DNA of 63,338 bases, filler included, from Octopus bimaculoides (taxonomy: Eukaryota), in assembly GCF_001194135.2 (NCBI RefSeq). It is 4 parts of 4 records of this genome, joined end to end, with 100 filler letters (N's around TTAATTAATTAA, not from the genome) between each part and the next. Parts side by side here need not be neighbours in the genome. Positions count along the whole stretch, not along the records: positions 1 to 26,528 come from NC_068984.1; positions 26,629 to 49,304 come from NC_068988.1; 2 more parts are not named here. The stretch is one strand, 5' to 3'. Shown one piece after another: positions 25,082 through 38,999 of this stretch (its first letter is position 1; the number at the start of each line of letters is the position of its first letter). The notes under the pieces are model-generated. The model did not search any database, was not told the DNA's origin, and saw only the letters and a list, made by a program, of their open reading frames with translations. The position numbers and the translations under genes are program-made.

Positions 25082-26487
25082 CTCCGGTCCCAGTACTGCA
25101 CTTGCCCTTAATTTTGTCGGCCGTGAAAAGGATGAAAGGCAAAGTTGACCTCGGTGATATTTAAATTAAGAATGTAAAGAATTGGGAACAAATACTGCAA
25201 AGCACTGTATCGCCTAAATGTAACGATCGATGAACTTTGGAGTCACCAATTTGTAACGATTATGTGAAACGTTTCATACAGCATTTCATAGAGAAGGCAT
25301 GCACTTCTTGAGTCGAAGGTCAGCAATTTGTAACCTCAATGTATAATGATGAAGTTTAACGATTTATTTACAGCGGACGTCACAAATTAAAACAATTATA
25401 TGTAAGGATAATATGCATCGAGTGAATGAGAGAAGAAAAATATTAAATCGTTGTTGAGATGGCCCTTTATTAATATTGTTATCGTTTTTATAGTCGTTAC
25501 GATGTAAAAGATAACTTCTTATAGTTATATTTGCACACAGGTTATTTGTTATGCTATAGGTCATTGTGTAGATAATAAATTCATTTGTGTGTGACTACTA
25601 GAGAGAGAGAGAGAAAGGGTTATAAAATTTAGTCAAGTAGAAAGTGTAACAAATGTGTTGTCACGCGATAACAGAGGTAATACTTGAAGTTAGAGAGATG
25701 TTCTCTGACCAGCGGCAGAGGAACCAAAGAGAGATAAAACTGATTTTTGGGCGTATGTGTATTCTTCCTAACCAGAATTGATTCCGGCTATGTAAATGAT
25801 TTTTCCCTGTTTCACTTTTGATCCATGTGTGACTCGAAAAATGCTAAGGCGTCAGTTTATTCTCATAAATTTCCCAGTGCAACAGGCGAAAACAAAAGGT
25901 AGAGAACTTATAAAAAAATATGGATTAGATCTCGAATCCTTGTCTAGGAATTTCGTTTCAACATTTTTTCCGGTGCTCTATGACAGAATATAACAGTTAC
26001 CTTAAAACAAATTATCCGAAACGTTAGATTTTTCATTCATGACAGCGAAGACCTCTATGTGACTTATAATCATCTACAAATTTTTATAAACTAACTATTG
26101 TAGACGCAGATCATTATCACATTCCGTGTATCCTAGATGTTACTAAAAAGTGTTTCGGGTTTTAATTTCTTGTTTTGTTCAGATGCAACTTAGCTGTCAT
26201 GTTTTCTTATTTCAATAAAATTAGTACTAGGCAATGAACAGGCAAAAGAGGAGAGATTTGCTCTAAAAGAAGAGAAAGATTATACTCAAGCACATTCGTT
26301 GTATTTGTTGCATCTATTATTATTATTGTTGTCGTTGTTGTTGTTGTTGTTGTTGTTGTTCTTCTTCTTCTTCTTCTTCTTCTTCTTCTTCTTCTTCTTC
26401 TTCTTCTTCTTCTTCTTTGACTCCCAATTAGGCCCTAATTTAACAGACTTGCGTTCAAAGAACTTTCCAGCCGGAAAACATTCCGTC

Positions 26488-26528
<41 letters not shown>

Positions 26529-26628
26529 NNNNNNNNNNNNNNNNNNNNNNNNNNNNNNNNNNNNNNNNNNNNTTAATTAATTAANNNNNNNNNNNNNNNN
26601 NNNNNNNNNNNNNNNNNNNNNNNNNNNN
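26529..26628. other. Artificial scaffold linker 44N-TTAATTAATTAA-44N
   Basis: Exactly 100 bp and identical to 49305-49404 and 60164-60263; the 12-mer has stops in all six frames. Confidence 0.95.
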
Positions 26629-27079
26629 CCCCCCCCCAAGAAAAACTCTACTTTGTAATTTGTCCATTTTCTGTATTTAGCCCTGTGTGGCTATAATAAA
26701 AAGATATCTATCTATCTATCTATCTGTCTGTCTGTCTGGCTGTCTGTCGATTTAATGGATATTTACCGTAAATATAAATATCTAGAAGTGGTCAACACCA
26801 CCATCATTACCATCACTACGACCATCACCGTCATCAGTATGATAATCCTCCTCTTCCTCCTCCCCCTCCTTCTCGTCGTCGTCATCATCATCATCATCAC
26901 TGTGAAAGATTACATTAACATTACATCACTATAACAACAACCCTAAACACCAAGCGAAAGTAGAAAGATGCATGTAACATCTGCAAAACCTGGAATGTAA
27001 TAACCATCACTACTACCACCATTGTTACTACATCCATCTTAACAACTACTACCACCGCCACCACCGCAATTACCGGCAC

Positions 27080-27080
<1 letters not shown>

Positions 27081-27138
<58 letters not shown>

Positions 27139-27143
27139 TCGCC
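27081..27143. repeat. (GCTGTCGCC)7 GC-rich 9-bp tandem repeat
   Basis: Direct reading. Confidence 0.95.
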
Positions 27144-27806
27144 GCCACCATTCCTGTCACCCCTTCCATTCCTGCCTCCGTNNNNNNNNNNNNNNNNNNN
27201 NNNNNNNNNNNNNNNNNNNNNNNNNNNNNNNNNNNNNNNNNNNNNNNNNNNNNNNNNNNNNNNNNNNNNNNNNNNNNNNNNNNNNNNNNNNNNNNNNNNN
27301 NNNNNNNNNNNNNNNNNNNNNNNNNNNNNNNNNNNNNNNNNNNNNNNNNNNNNNNNNNNNNNNNNNNNNNNNNNNNNNNNNNNNNNNNNNNNNNNNNNNN
27401 NNNNNNNNNNNNNNNNNNNNNNNNNNNNNNNNNNNNNNNNNNNNNNNNNNNNNNNNNNNNNNNNNNNNNNNNNNNNNNNNNNNNNNNNNNNNNNNNNNNN
27501 NNNNNNNNNNNNNNNNNNNNNNNNNNNNNNNNNNNNNNNNNNNNNNNNNNNNNNNNNNNNNNNNNNNNNNNNNNNNNNNNNNNNNNNNNNNNNNNNNNNN
27601 NNNNNNNNNNNNNNNNNNNNNNNNNNNNNNNNNNNNNNNNNNNNNNNNNNNNNNNNNNNNNNNNNNNNNNNNNNNNNNNNNNNNNNNNNNNNNNNNNNNN
27701 NNNNNNNNNNNNNNNNACGTGTCAGCACGCACACCTAAACAAACTCATACACACGCACACACACACAGACACACACACAGACACACACACGGATGCGCTC
27801 ACACCT

Positions 27807-27841
<35 letters not shown>

Positions 27842-28254
27842 TACACGCACACGCACACGCACTGCTACTATCAAAGGGAGAGCACATTGGTCAATGCGAT
27901 CCTAAACAGCCTGATTATATAAATGGAATGGGTGTGAGCATATTTCCTGCACCATGGTTGACCAAAGGCTAAACAACAACAACAACAACAACAGCAGGAA
28001 CACCATTCGCATCAATCCCAAGCACGGTGAGCTTCTAGGCAGTCATTCGATTTGCTAAAAATAGCACACAAATCTTTCTCATAGTACAATTGAGATAATG
28101 TTGCCAGGAATAAACTGTTTTAATAAAAGTAAGGACGGTCAAAACTTATTGATGAAAGGTTCACTGGATCAGGGTTGACCTGGGGTTAAATAACAGCAAC
28201 AATTATTATTACAACCCAGTCCTTGAAGAACAGCTTTCCGTCCTCCCCACAATA

Positions 28255-28720
<466 letters not shown>

Positions 28721-29060
28721 CTCAACCACCGTCATCCGATCGTCAATAACAACCATCACCTCTTCCAGCCTCTTAAATACCAACAATATATCTTTAGCCA
28801 CCCCTCCCTCACCAGCCACACTCTCATACAACAATAGACAGAGACATTTGTCCAACCTTATGTCCAACAATTGTCAGTTGTGTCCAAGTCTACCGGGTTG
28901 CGTCCAGTTGTAAGAGATTATTGTTGTGCTCTGTGTCCAGTTGGTGGTAAAGGCGACCTTGAATTAACGTTGATGTTATTTCGACGTCACACTTTACGTA
29001 ACGGTAAGTGACTGTTTTATATCCTTATATCTTTATATATATACATATGTATGTATGTAT

Positions 29061-29113
<53 letters not shown>

Positions 29114-31797
29114 TGTTACCACGTGACTTGAATCCATGAATCCACTATTTAGAAATCACATCAAACCTCGCCCCCAAAATAACTGCAACAACCACTTCTT
29201 GCGCCATCACCAACACCACCACCAGTAATATCATCATCATCATCATCATCATCATCATAATTGACATCATTATCATCATCATAATTGACATCATTATCAT
29301 CATCATAATTGGCATCATTATCATCATCACCACCAATGATCACCACAAATACCACCACCACAACCACCCTTATACTAACTTGACCATCAAAGTTCACTAT
29401 TATCCTCACCGCCCTTATACCAACTTTGCCACAAATAGCCACCACCACCACCACCACCACCTATCAATTTCACTGTCGTTTGCTCATATCAATGTCGGAG
29501 CTGACGTAGATATGTCGCAATCAGCAGCTCCGACCTAGATATGCTACCACATCCAGTCGGTGTTGCTGTTTGTTAACATATCCAGGTTTGTGCTACTGTT
29601 GAGTGTCACGTCCNNNNNNNNNNNNNNNNNNNNNNNNNNNNNNNNNNNNNNNNNNNNNNNNNNNNNNNNNNNNNNNNNNNNNNNNNNNNNNNNNNNNNNN
29701 NNNNNNNNNNNNNNNNNNNNNNNNNNNNNNNNNNNNNNNNNNNNNNNNNNNNNNNNNNNNNNNNNNNNNNNNNNNNNNNNNNNNNNNNNNNNNNNNNNNN
29801 NNNNNNNNNNNNNNNNNNNNNNNNNNNNNNNNNNNNNNNNNNNNNNNNNNNNNNNNNNNNNNNNNNNNNNNNNNNNNNNNNNNNNNNNNNNNNNNNNNNN
29901 NNNNNNNNNNNNNNNNNNNNNNNNNNNNNNNNNNNNNNNNNNNNNNNNNNNNNNNNNNNNNNNNNNNNNNNNNNNNNNNNNNNNNNNNNNNNNNNNNNNN
30001 NNNNNNNNNNNNNNNNNNNNNNNNNNNNNNNNNNNNNNNNNNNNNNNNNNNNNNNNNNNNNNNNNNNNNNNNNNNNNNNNNNNNNNNNNNNNNNNNNNNN
30101 NNNNNNNNNNNNNNNNNNNNNNNNNNNNNNNNNNNNNNNNNNNNNNNNNNNNNNNNNNNNNNNNNNNNNNNNNNNNNNNNNNNNNNNNNNNNNNNNNNNN
30201 NNNNNNNNNNNNNNNNNNNNNNNNNNNNNNNNNNNNNNNNNNNNNNNNNNNNNNNNNNNNNNNNNNNNNNNNNNNNNNNNNNNNNNNNNNNNNNNNNNNN
30301 NNNNNNNNNNNNNNNNNNNNNNNNNNNNNNNNNNNNNNNNNNNNNNNNNNNNNNNNNNNNNNNNNNNNNNNNNNNNNNNNNNNNNNNNNNNNNNNNNNNN
30401 NNNNNNNNNNNNNNNNNNNNNNNNNNNNNNNNNNNNNNNNNNNNNNNNNNNNNNNNNNNNNNNNNNNNNNNNNNNNNNNNNNNNNNNNNNNNNNNNNNNN
30501 NNNNNNNNNNNNNNNNNNNNNGACCACCTCTAAGTTTGCGGTGTTTGACACCATGGTTGGTTCAAATGAAGCACGCAAATATATAAAAAAGAAAAAAAGA
30601 AAGTGTTTAACCTTCAGCCTAAGCATTCCTGCCTCTTAGGACATCGACACGCATGTCTACTTTCTCTAATTCTGCCTTCCACCTTCAATTCCCGCCATCA
30701 ATCAGAACTGTTTTTATTGTGTTGCATAGATTTGATTAAGTTGTGATATGTGCACGCGTATGTGTGTGAGTAAGTGTCTGTGTGTGTGTGTGTGTGTGTG
30801 TGCGCGCGCATGCATGCAGTTCATTCGTACTATTTTAAGCATAAGTGCAGTTATTTGGTTTATTTGCACTTGCGTTCATTGTATTTGTCCTCAATACGCC
30901 CATCCCATTTCTGGACAATAACAATTGTTCTATTTAAAATTGATAGACCCTCTCCACTTACTGGCTCTTTATTGTTTACATTATCGTCCACTCCACACTC
31001 CCTCAATCCTTTCTAAGATCCTTTTGCTGTTCCTTTCCCTCTCTATCTCTCTCTCTCTCTTGTCTTGTTCGCGTGTGCATCCGCGATATTTTGGTCAATG
31101 CTCACTTTTGCATTCTCACTTATCTGGCATGTTTATGATTATAATACATACGTACATGTGCGTGTATGTGTATATATTCACACACAAGCAGACATTTAAA
31201 GACACACACACACACACACACACACACACANNNNNNNNNNNNNNNNNNNNNNNNNNNNNNNNNNNNNNNNNNNNNNNNNNNNNNNNNNNNNNNNNNNNNN
31301 NNNNNNNNNNNNNNNNNNNNNNNNNNNNNNNNNNNNNNNNNNNNNNNNNNNNNNNNNNNNNNNNNNNNNNNNNNNNNNNNNNNNNNNNNNNNNNNNNNNN
31401 NNNNNNNNNNNNNNNNNNNNNNNNNNNNNNNNNNNNNNNNNNNNNNNNNNNNNNNNNNNNNNNNNNNNNNNNNNNNNNNNNNNNNNNNNNNNNNNNNNNN
31501 NNNNNNNNNNNNNNNNNNNNNNNNNNNNNNNNNNNNNNNNNNNNNNNNNNNNNNNNNNNNNNNNNNNNNNNNNNNNNNNNNNNNNNNNNNNNNNNNNNNN
31601 NNNNNNNNNNNNNNNNNNNNNNNNNNNNNNNNNNNNNNNNNNNNNNNNNNNNNNNNNNNNTATATATGTATACATACTATATATACGCATGAAGGGCTGG
31701 TTTCTTCCAAGGAAATAATTAATTTGCTGTTAATGATAAACAATTGTTAACTTCTCACTGTCCATTTTCGTTTTCTTCTTTTATATACATACATGCA

Positions 31798-31833
<36 letters not shown>

Positions 31834-32065
31834 TATAATAAATGCGAAAACTAATTTCTGTGTGTCAGTGTGTCAAATTTTGTACCTCCTCTCTCACTAT
31901 TCAATGATACTTCCCCTATTCCTCATGCTGGGGTGAAAGTAAGAGTAGGCACAGAGATGGTGAGGGCAGTGGCGAAAACAGACAGAGAGAGAAAGAAATT
32001 TAGGGAGAGTTGATGATGTTTTATTAAAAGTAATAGTGTTGATGATGGCAGTGGTAGTAATAATA

Positions 32066-32100
<35 letters not shown>

Positions 32101-32326
32101 AAGACAGAGAGATAGAAAGAGAGAGAGAGAGCAAGAAAGTGGGTATGTTAGAGAAAGAAGGAGATGATTTATAACTTTCTTTAACCATGTCTTCTTGACA
32201 GAAATTCCTGTAACCAACATACTGAACACTGAACCAACATACTGAACACTTTTACACACACATTTAGCCTTTTGTTTTTATCATTTTTGTTTTATTTTTT
32301 GATTTCTTTAATACATACATACATAC

Positions 32327-32360
<34 letters not shown>

Positions 32361-32483
32361 CGCATATATATATATATATATATATACATACATACACACA
32401 CATAGAATAAAGTTTCCCTCAAATTAAACATATCTAATATATTAAATGTGAATGTCAGTGTGTCACACATTTTTAACTTCAAT

Positions 32484-32701
32484 AAATCCTTTCCACTGGA
32501 AGCACAAGGCCTCAAATTTTGGGAAGGGATTAAGTCGATTACATTGACACCAGTACATAACTGGTACTAATTTTACCGACCTCGAAAGGATGAAAGGCAA
32601 AGTCGACCTCGGCGGAATTCGAACTCAAAACCTAATGGCAGATGAAATACGGCTAAGCATTTCGCCTGGCGGGCTAACGATTCTACCAGCTCGCCGCCTT
32701 A
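32484..32701 (-). mobile_element. SINE family B with the alternative 3' tail
   Basis: Standard head and body; tail GGCCTTGTGCTTCCAGTGGAAAGG; flanked by an imperfect duplication of about 40 bp (TAAATGTGAATGTC...AGTGTGTCACAC...AACTT). Confidence 0.88.
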
Positions 32702-32808
32702 ATATAATATAATAATATAATAAATGTGAATGTCGGTTTGTCAGTGTGTCACACTTTTTCAACTTTACTCCTAGAGGCCATAGTCCAACATATACCATTT
32801 TGGAATCA

Positions 32809-33088
32809 GGCTAACTCTGTGAGTAAACTAAAGACATTCCGGGCCGAATCCGGACCCACAATCCTGAAATTTTGGATTCCCGAGTTTTCATTACTGTGAT
32901 TCTTTCCGGCGATTTCTTTATGTGACTTTTTGCAACAATTTTTTTTGTACGATAACAATTTTTATAATCTAAAGGCCAACTCTGTAAGGAAATTAAAAAC
33001 ATTCCGGGCTGAATCCGGACCTGCAATTTTGAAATTTTGGATTCCCAAGTTTTCATTACTGCGATTGTTTTCAGCGTTTTTTCAAAAT
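32809..33088. repeat. 165-bp tandem repeat (about 1.7 units, runs into a gap)
   Basis: Unit starts at 32809 and 32974 (GGC.AACTCTGT...ACATTCCGGGC.GAATCCGGACC...TTTTGGATTCCC.AGTTTTCATTACTG). Confidence 0.85.
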
Positions 33089-33637
33089 NNNNNNNNNNNN
33101 NNNNNNNNNNNNNNNNNNNNNNNNNNNNNNNNNNNNNNNNNNNNNNNNNNNNNNNNNNNNNNNNNNNNNNNNNNNNNNNNNNNNNNNNNNNNNNNNNNNN
33201 NNNNNNNNNNNNNNNNNNNNNNNNNNNNNNNNNNNNNNNNNNNNNNNNNNNNNNNNNNNNNNNNNNNNNNNNNNNNNNNNNNNNNNNNNNNNNNNNNNNN
33301 NNNNNNNNNNNNNNNNNNNNNNNNNNNNNNNNNNNNNNNNNNNNNNNNNNNNNNNNNNNNNNNNNNNNNNNNNNNNNNNNNNNNNNNNNNNNNNNNNNNN
33401 NNNNNNNNNNNNNNNNNNNNNNNNNNNNNNNNNNNNNNNNNNNNNNNNNNNNNNNNNNNNNNNNNNNNNNNNNNNNNNNNNNNNNNNNNNNNNNNNNNNN
33501 NNNNNNNNNNNNNNNNNNNNNNNNNNNNNNNNNNNNNNNNNNNNNNNNNNNNNNNNNNNNNNNNNNNNNNNNNNNNNNNNNNNNNNNNNNNNNNNNNNNN
33601 NNNNNNNNNNNNNNNNNNNNNNNNNNNNNNNNNNNNN

Positions 33638-34656
33638 ACAATTCATCTTTAGATTTAGGTTTCTGTCGAGTTTTTCGTATAGTTCTAACTAGTATGTTCC
33701 AAAGATTTTCAAATGGATTTATGTCAGGAGATTGGCTCGGCTACGGAAGCTTTTTGATCCCATTTTCAGTTAGCCATTGTTGATTCCTTTTCGCTGTGTG
33801 GCATAGAGCCCCATCTTCCATGAATAAAAACTCATTTTTCGTTATGTTATCGTGTGAATACATCGGAAGTAATCCTTGCTTAAGTATTTCGATGTATTTT
33901 TCAGAGTTTATGGTTCCAACACATTCGATCAGCTCAGAACGACCATTGCTGGTGACAGCTCCCCATACCATTAGAGAGATACCGACATGCTTCACAGTTG
34001 GTTGGAGTCGTTTCAAACCAAATTCTTGATTGGGAAGCCTCCAGGCCCAAACTGTCTGAAAATAATGCAAATCTGGATTCATCTGAGAAAATCACTCTAT
34101 CCCAAAATGAACTGGATTTTTCTGACATCTGAGCCCATTTCTTTCTTTTCATGATATTAATTGGTTGAAGGAGATGTTTTCTTCTAGCTGCTCGTCCATA
34201 ATACCCAAGGTTATGCAGATATGTAACACATGTTCTTGGACTAACTTCTACCTATTTTGCAATGTCAGAAGCCTTAGAACGGGGTTCATTTTCCACAATT
34301 CAGCGAAGCTTCCTTTCCGAGGGCTCAGGTCGGCCGGGACGAGAATCTGTTGATTCTTTTCCTTGGCTTTTGAATTGCACTATAATTCTATTAACAATAG
34401 CAAGAGGAATTTGAAGATTTTCGGCAATTTTTCGCTGGTTAAGACCAGCCCCAAATTGCCCAACAATACGACCTCTGAAAATCTGACAGTTCTGCTGAAG
34501 TTTTTGTGCGTCGCATGGTAACTCTTTGCGAATGTCTAATATAATGGCAGCTGGAATGAAAAAGAATTATTACATTGTAAATTCTACACCGCTGAAAACA
34601 TATTAAGACACTTAGATCAGAAATTTTGAAAATTAAAAGTGTTATTTACTTCCTGC

Positions 34657-34660
<4 letters not shown>
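33638..34660 (-). mobile_element. Tc1-family transposon (DD34E), decayed, 3' end lost in a gap
   Basis: ATG at 34516; HTH region MRRTKTSAELSDFQ..GRIVG; catalytic motifs WDRVIFSDESRF, FMEDGALCH and PSQSPDINPFENLW; frameshifts and stops. Confidence 0.92.
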
Positions 34661-34709
<49 letters not shown>

Positions 34710-34807
34710 ACGTGTCCATGAATTTCAATTTGAAAAATTCATAAAGAAAAATTGGAAATACATTTTTATCAAAAATATCAGGACAATCCTACGTTGAGAT
34801 TCATATA

Positions 34808-35975
34808 TAGGTATACCTCACCCTACGTCGTTAATTGGTTCCAGGAGACACGACTTAAGTCGAATTAATTTGTCTCTAGGCTAGGCTAGGCCGAATTTAC
34901 TTGTCCCTAGGCTAACCGATAATAACCATTCCCAGTTCTGTACTTGATTTATGAATGCATTTTCAATAATACATGTTAATAAAAACCTATTGGAAACTTA
35001 CAAACAAATAATTTTAATTTTTTAATACAGTATAGTAAAAGAAAAAGTAATCTAAATTTATAAATACGATTTGGCGGTGTTTATCGTACATCGCGAACGC
35101 TTTATTTATGAATGTGGTTTGCAACAAGACATGGTAAAATAAAATCGTTTTTAAGCTTAAAAAACAAATTCAGTAATTATTATTATTTTGCGATAGTAAA
35201 AAAAAAAAAACTAAATTATTCTAGATTTACCAAAACCTACATACAATTTGGTGGTTTACATCGCGGATGTAGATGGATATGGATCATCAACATCAACAAC
35301 TGACTGGCTGTTTTTGTTGTTCGATGCGCTTAAAAAACCCGGCTGAGAGTTCCTTGAACTGTCTTATTTTCCTCAAGGATTACATTACAAGGAGTAAAAG
35401 CTTTGCGACAAGCCATCATAATCTTGGAAAAGCATTGAACATTTAGATCCATATCCTCGAACATAGAAAATCCTTTTTCGATACGTGCAAATGCTTGATG
35501 CATTTTCTTAATGGTAAAGTGTCGTGTCTCAGGTTCTTTATTTTGCTGCTCATGAAGCTCTATCAAATCCTTGTCCATCAGGAGCTGCTTGTCTTTTTCA
35601 AATAAATCTGTGAAATTCTCCTCCTACAAATCCTTTTCCAGTTAGTTTTTTTCTCGTAGTGACCAACGTTTTGTTGACGGTAGCATTATCAAACCCCTTA
35701 AAATCATTCACGAATTGTGGGCAAAGCTTTTTCCATACACCATTCATAACCGTGCTCTGTACATCATTCCATGCCGCTGCTATGTTCTGTACAGCCTTGT
35801 AGATATCGTATCTCTTCCAAAGGTCACGAAGTGTGATGGACTCATCAAGATCAGTTGCAGCTATTGCTTGCCGCAGTGTACGCTTCATATAGTAACGCTT
35901 GAAGGTAGCAATTATTCTCTGATCCCTTGGCTGCAGAAGAGACGTGGTGTTCGGAGGGAAGTATTCGATGGTAAT
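34808..35975 (-). mobile_element. Tigger/pogo transposon 3' portion
   Basis: YFPPNTTSLLQPRDQRIIATFKRYY (DDE-1 third-Asp motif), TIGD1-like C-terminus (LWKRYDIYKAVQNIAAAW...VWKKLCPQFVNDFKGF), Tigger-like TIR at about 34808. Confidence 0.9.
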
Positions 35976-36480
35976 CTAAATAAAAGGCTCGAGTACAAAG
36001 AGTGTAGTAAGCAAACCCATATGCATGCACTCAAAGCACACATATTAAACACAGACACGTAAATACATACGTGCGCGCGCGCACACACACACACACGCAC
36101 ACACACTAAACATATAGACATATTAAGCACATAGGTACGTGAACTCACAAACACATGCACACACACACACATACACAAACACACACACATACACACACAC
36201 GCACAAAGACAGGTGCAAATGCATGCGCAGATAAGGATACACACCGCAGAAAGACAGAATGAACTAAACACGTGGGATTCAGAGTCGCTGAAGAGGTTAC
36301 AGGATGTGTAATGAAAGATTTCCTGACGAAGGATACTAAAATAAGAATACTAATGAAACCGAAGTAAAGAACAAGTATATAATGCGAGTGGTTGATTGGC
36401 ACACCCTAAAAAATATGACCATCCTCAAATATAACAATGTGTTTCAAAACAAATGCCTAAATACCAGTGTGTATGTATGT

Positions 36481-36971
36481 CTCTTCAACTTTTTAATTAT
36501 TATAATTCTTCCACTGAGGAGGGAACCGGTTTCCAAACACGGACAAATTCACATTTGGAAATTTAGAAAAGTCTTGCATAATATTAGTTCCATTCACAGA
36601 TTGCACTTGTAATGTACGAATTAGCCGGTCGATTTCTTTTTCTGAAAATGCCAGTTTATCCAGATTCTCCTTTAATGTATGTATGTATTCTCATGCATAG
36701 AGTTGCATATCTAGACATGCTCATATATATTTAAATGATAAACTTCTGGAAAGTTTTACAGATTTTTTACAGTGCTAGTGAGGGATTGGATCTGTGGCCT
36801 TTGAATTAGCTTTCTTCTTTCTGTTTTTGAGAAGCCTAATTTCTTAAGATTGGTATTCAGGTAGTGTGTTACATATACCAGGGCCCCAATAATTACAGGT
36901 ATAAACCTGAACTTGTAATCTGAATAGAATAACTGTAGATTTCTCAGTAGTTCAGCATAGATGTTCTCTTT
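36481..36971 (-). mobile_element. Two tandem 5'-truncated R4/Dong-like (RLE) LINE 3' ends, each ending in (ACAT)n
   Basis: KENIYAELLRNLQLFYSDYKFRFIPVIIGAL..LKKLGFS (36690-36971) followed by the paralogous LKENLDKLAFSEKEIDRLIRTLQVQSV (36481-36674). (ACAT)n lies at 36972 onward, 36675-36688 and 36471-36480. Confidence 0.75.
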
Positions 36972-37436
36972 GTGTATGTATGTATGTATGTATGTATGTA
37001 TGTATGTATGTATGTATGTATGTATGTATGTATGTATGCATGTACGTACGTATGTATGTATACATAAATGTATATATATATATATGCATATATCTGTATC
37101 TATATATGCGCGTGTGTGTGTGTGTATGTGTGTGTATGTAAACAAAGATACACGCATCATACATGAAATTTAGAATAAACCCCGAGCTGTTACTTCATAT
37201 CCAAACTCATACGTGTGTGTATAATAATCATAATAAGAATTTCTTTTACTGCATCATTCGTCTTTCCTTTCTTTCTTACGGATGGTAATATACATGTAAA
37301 AATATACACTTTTGTGTAGTTAAACGTATTTGTACGTGTGTGTTTGTGTGTGTGTATGTGTGTGTATATATACGCAAAAGTATGGTGATGCAAACAGGAA
37401 AAATAGAAATCAAAATATGACTATATGTATATCTTT

Positions 37437-37570
37437 ATTAATATTTAGCTGAAGCAACAGAGTGACTCAAGATCTGAGAGTTTCGTACGTTGGCTCTTTG
37501 ATAAGCATAAGCACCAACGAACACAACTGACGGACCTTGACTCACTTTGTTGCTTCTGCTAAATATTAAT
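37437..37570. repeat. 134-bp hairpin with 35-bp arms (MITE-like)
   Basis: 37437-37471 versus 37536-37570, 3 mismatches. Confidence 0.8.
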
Positions 37571-38535
37571 GTGTGTACATATATATATATATATATATAT
37601 ANNNNNNNNNNNNNNNNNNNNNNNNNNNNNNNNNNNNNNNNNNNNNNNNNNNNNNNNNNNNNNNNNNNNNNNNNNNNNNNNNNNNNNNNNNNNNNNNNNN
37701 NNNNNNNNNNNNNNNNNNNNNNNNNNNNNNNNNNNNNNNNNNNNNNNNNNNNNNNNNNNNNNNNNNNNNNNNNNNNNNNNNNNNNNNNNNNNNNNNNNNN
37801 NNNNNNNNNNNNNNNNNNNNNNNNNNNNNNNNNNNNNNNNNNNNNNNNNNNNNNNNNNNNNNNNNNNNNNNNNNNNNNNNNNNNNNNNNNNNNNNNNNNN
37901 NNNNNNNNNNNNNNNNNNNNNNNNNNNNNNNNNNNNNNNNNNNNNNNNNNNNNNNNNNNNNNNNNNNNNNNNNNNNNNNNNNNNNNNNNNNNNNNNNNNN
38001 NNNNNNNNNNNNNNNNNNNNNNNNNNNNNNNNNNNNNNNNNNNNNNNNNNNNNNNNNNNNNNNNNNNNNNNNNNNNNNNNNNNNNNNNNNNNNNNNNNNN
38101 NNNNNNNNNNNNNNNNNNNNNNNNNNNNNNNNNNNNNNNNNNNNNNNNNNNNNNNNNNNNNNNNNNNNNNNNNNNNNNNNNNNNNNNNNNNNNNNNNNNN
38201 NNNNNNNNNNNNNNNNNNNNNNNNNNNNNNNNNNNNNNNNNNNNNNNNNNNNNNNNNNNNNNNNNNNNNNNNNNNNNNNNNNNNNNNNNNNNNNNNNNNN
38301 NNNNNNNNNNNNNNNNNNNNNNNNNNNNNNNNNNNNNNNNNNNNNNNNNNNNNNNNNNNNNNNNNNNNNNNNNNNNNNNNNNNNNNNNNNNNNNNNNNNN
38401 NNNNNNNNNNNNNNNNNNNNNNNNNNNNNNNNNNNNNNNNNNNNNNNNNNNNNNNNNNNNNNNNNNNNNNNNNNNNNNNNNNNNNNNNNNNNNNNNNNNN
38501 NNNNNNNNNNNNNNNNNNNNNNNNNNNNNNNNNNA

Positions 38536-38566
<31 letters not shown>

Positions 38567-38999
38567 TCCCCAAAAAGCGAAGAAAAACACAAGAAAAAAT
38601 AGCAGGCGCTTAGGGAAGGAAAGCAAGGTAGTTTTACGTTTAGAGCAAAGCTCTTCTTCAGTAACAGAAGACAAAGGGAAGTCCAAGAGAAATGGAAGAT
38701 GGACGAAAAAAAACAAAACTACCAAGGAACCAAATGTAGTTACATTTTGAAAAAAAAAATATATATAGACATTTGTGCATGAAGGACAGGCTGGCTGACT
38801 GTATTTTGCTCGTAGTTATGTATGTATCAATGTACTAGTATATGCATGCGATCATGTAGGTTTATACGCGCGTGGGAGTATCAATGTATGTTTATATGTG
38901 CGTGAGTGGGTGTATATGTTTCCGCGTCTTGATGTTTGCCATTATATGTCTATGTGCGAGTTAACACCCTCGCCCCACCCACATTCTCACACACACGTA

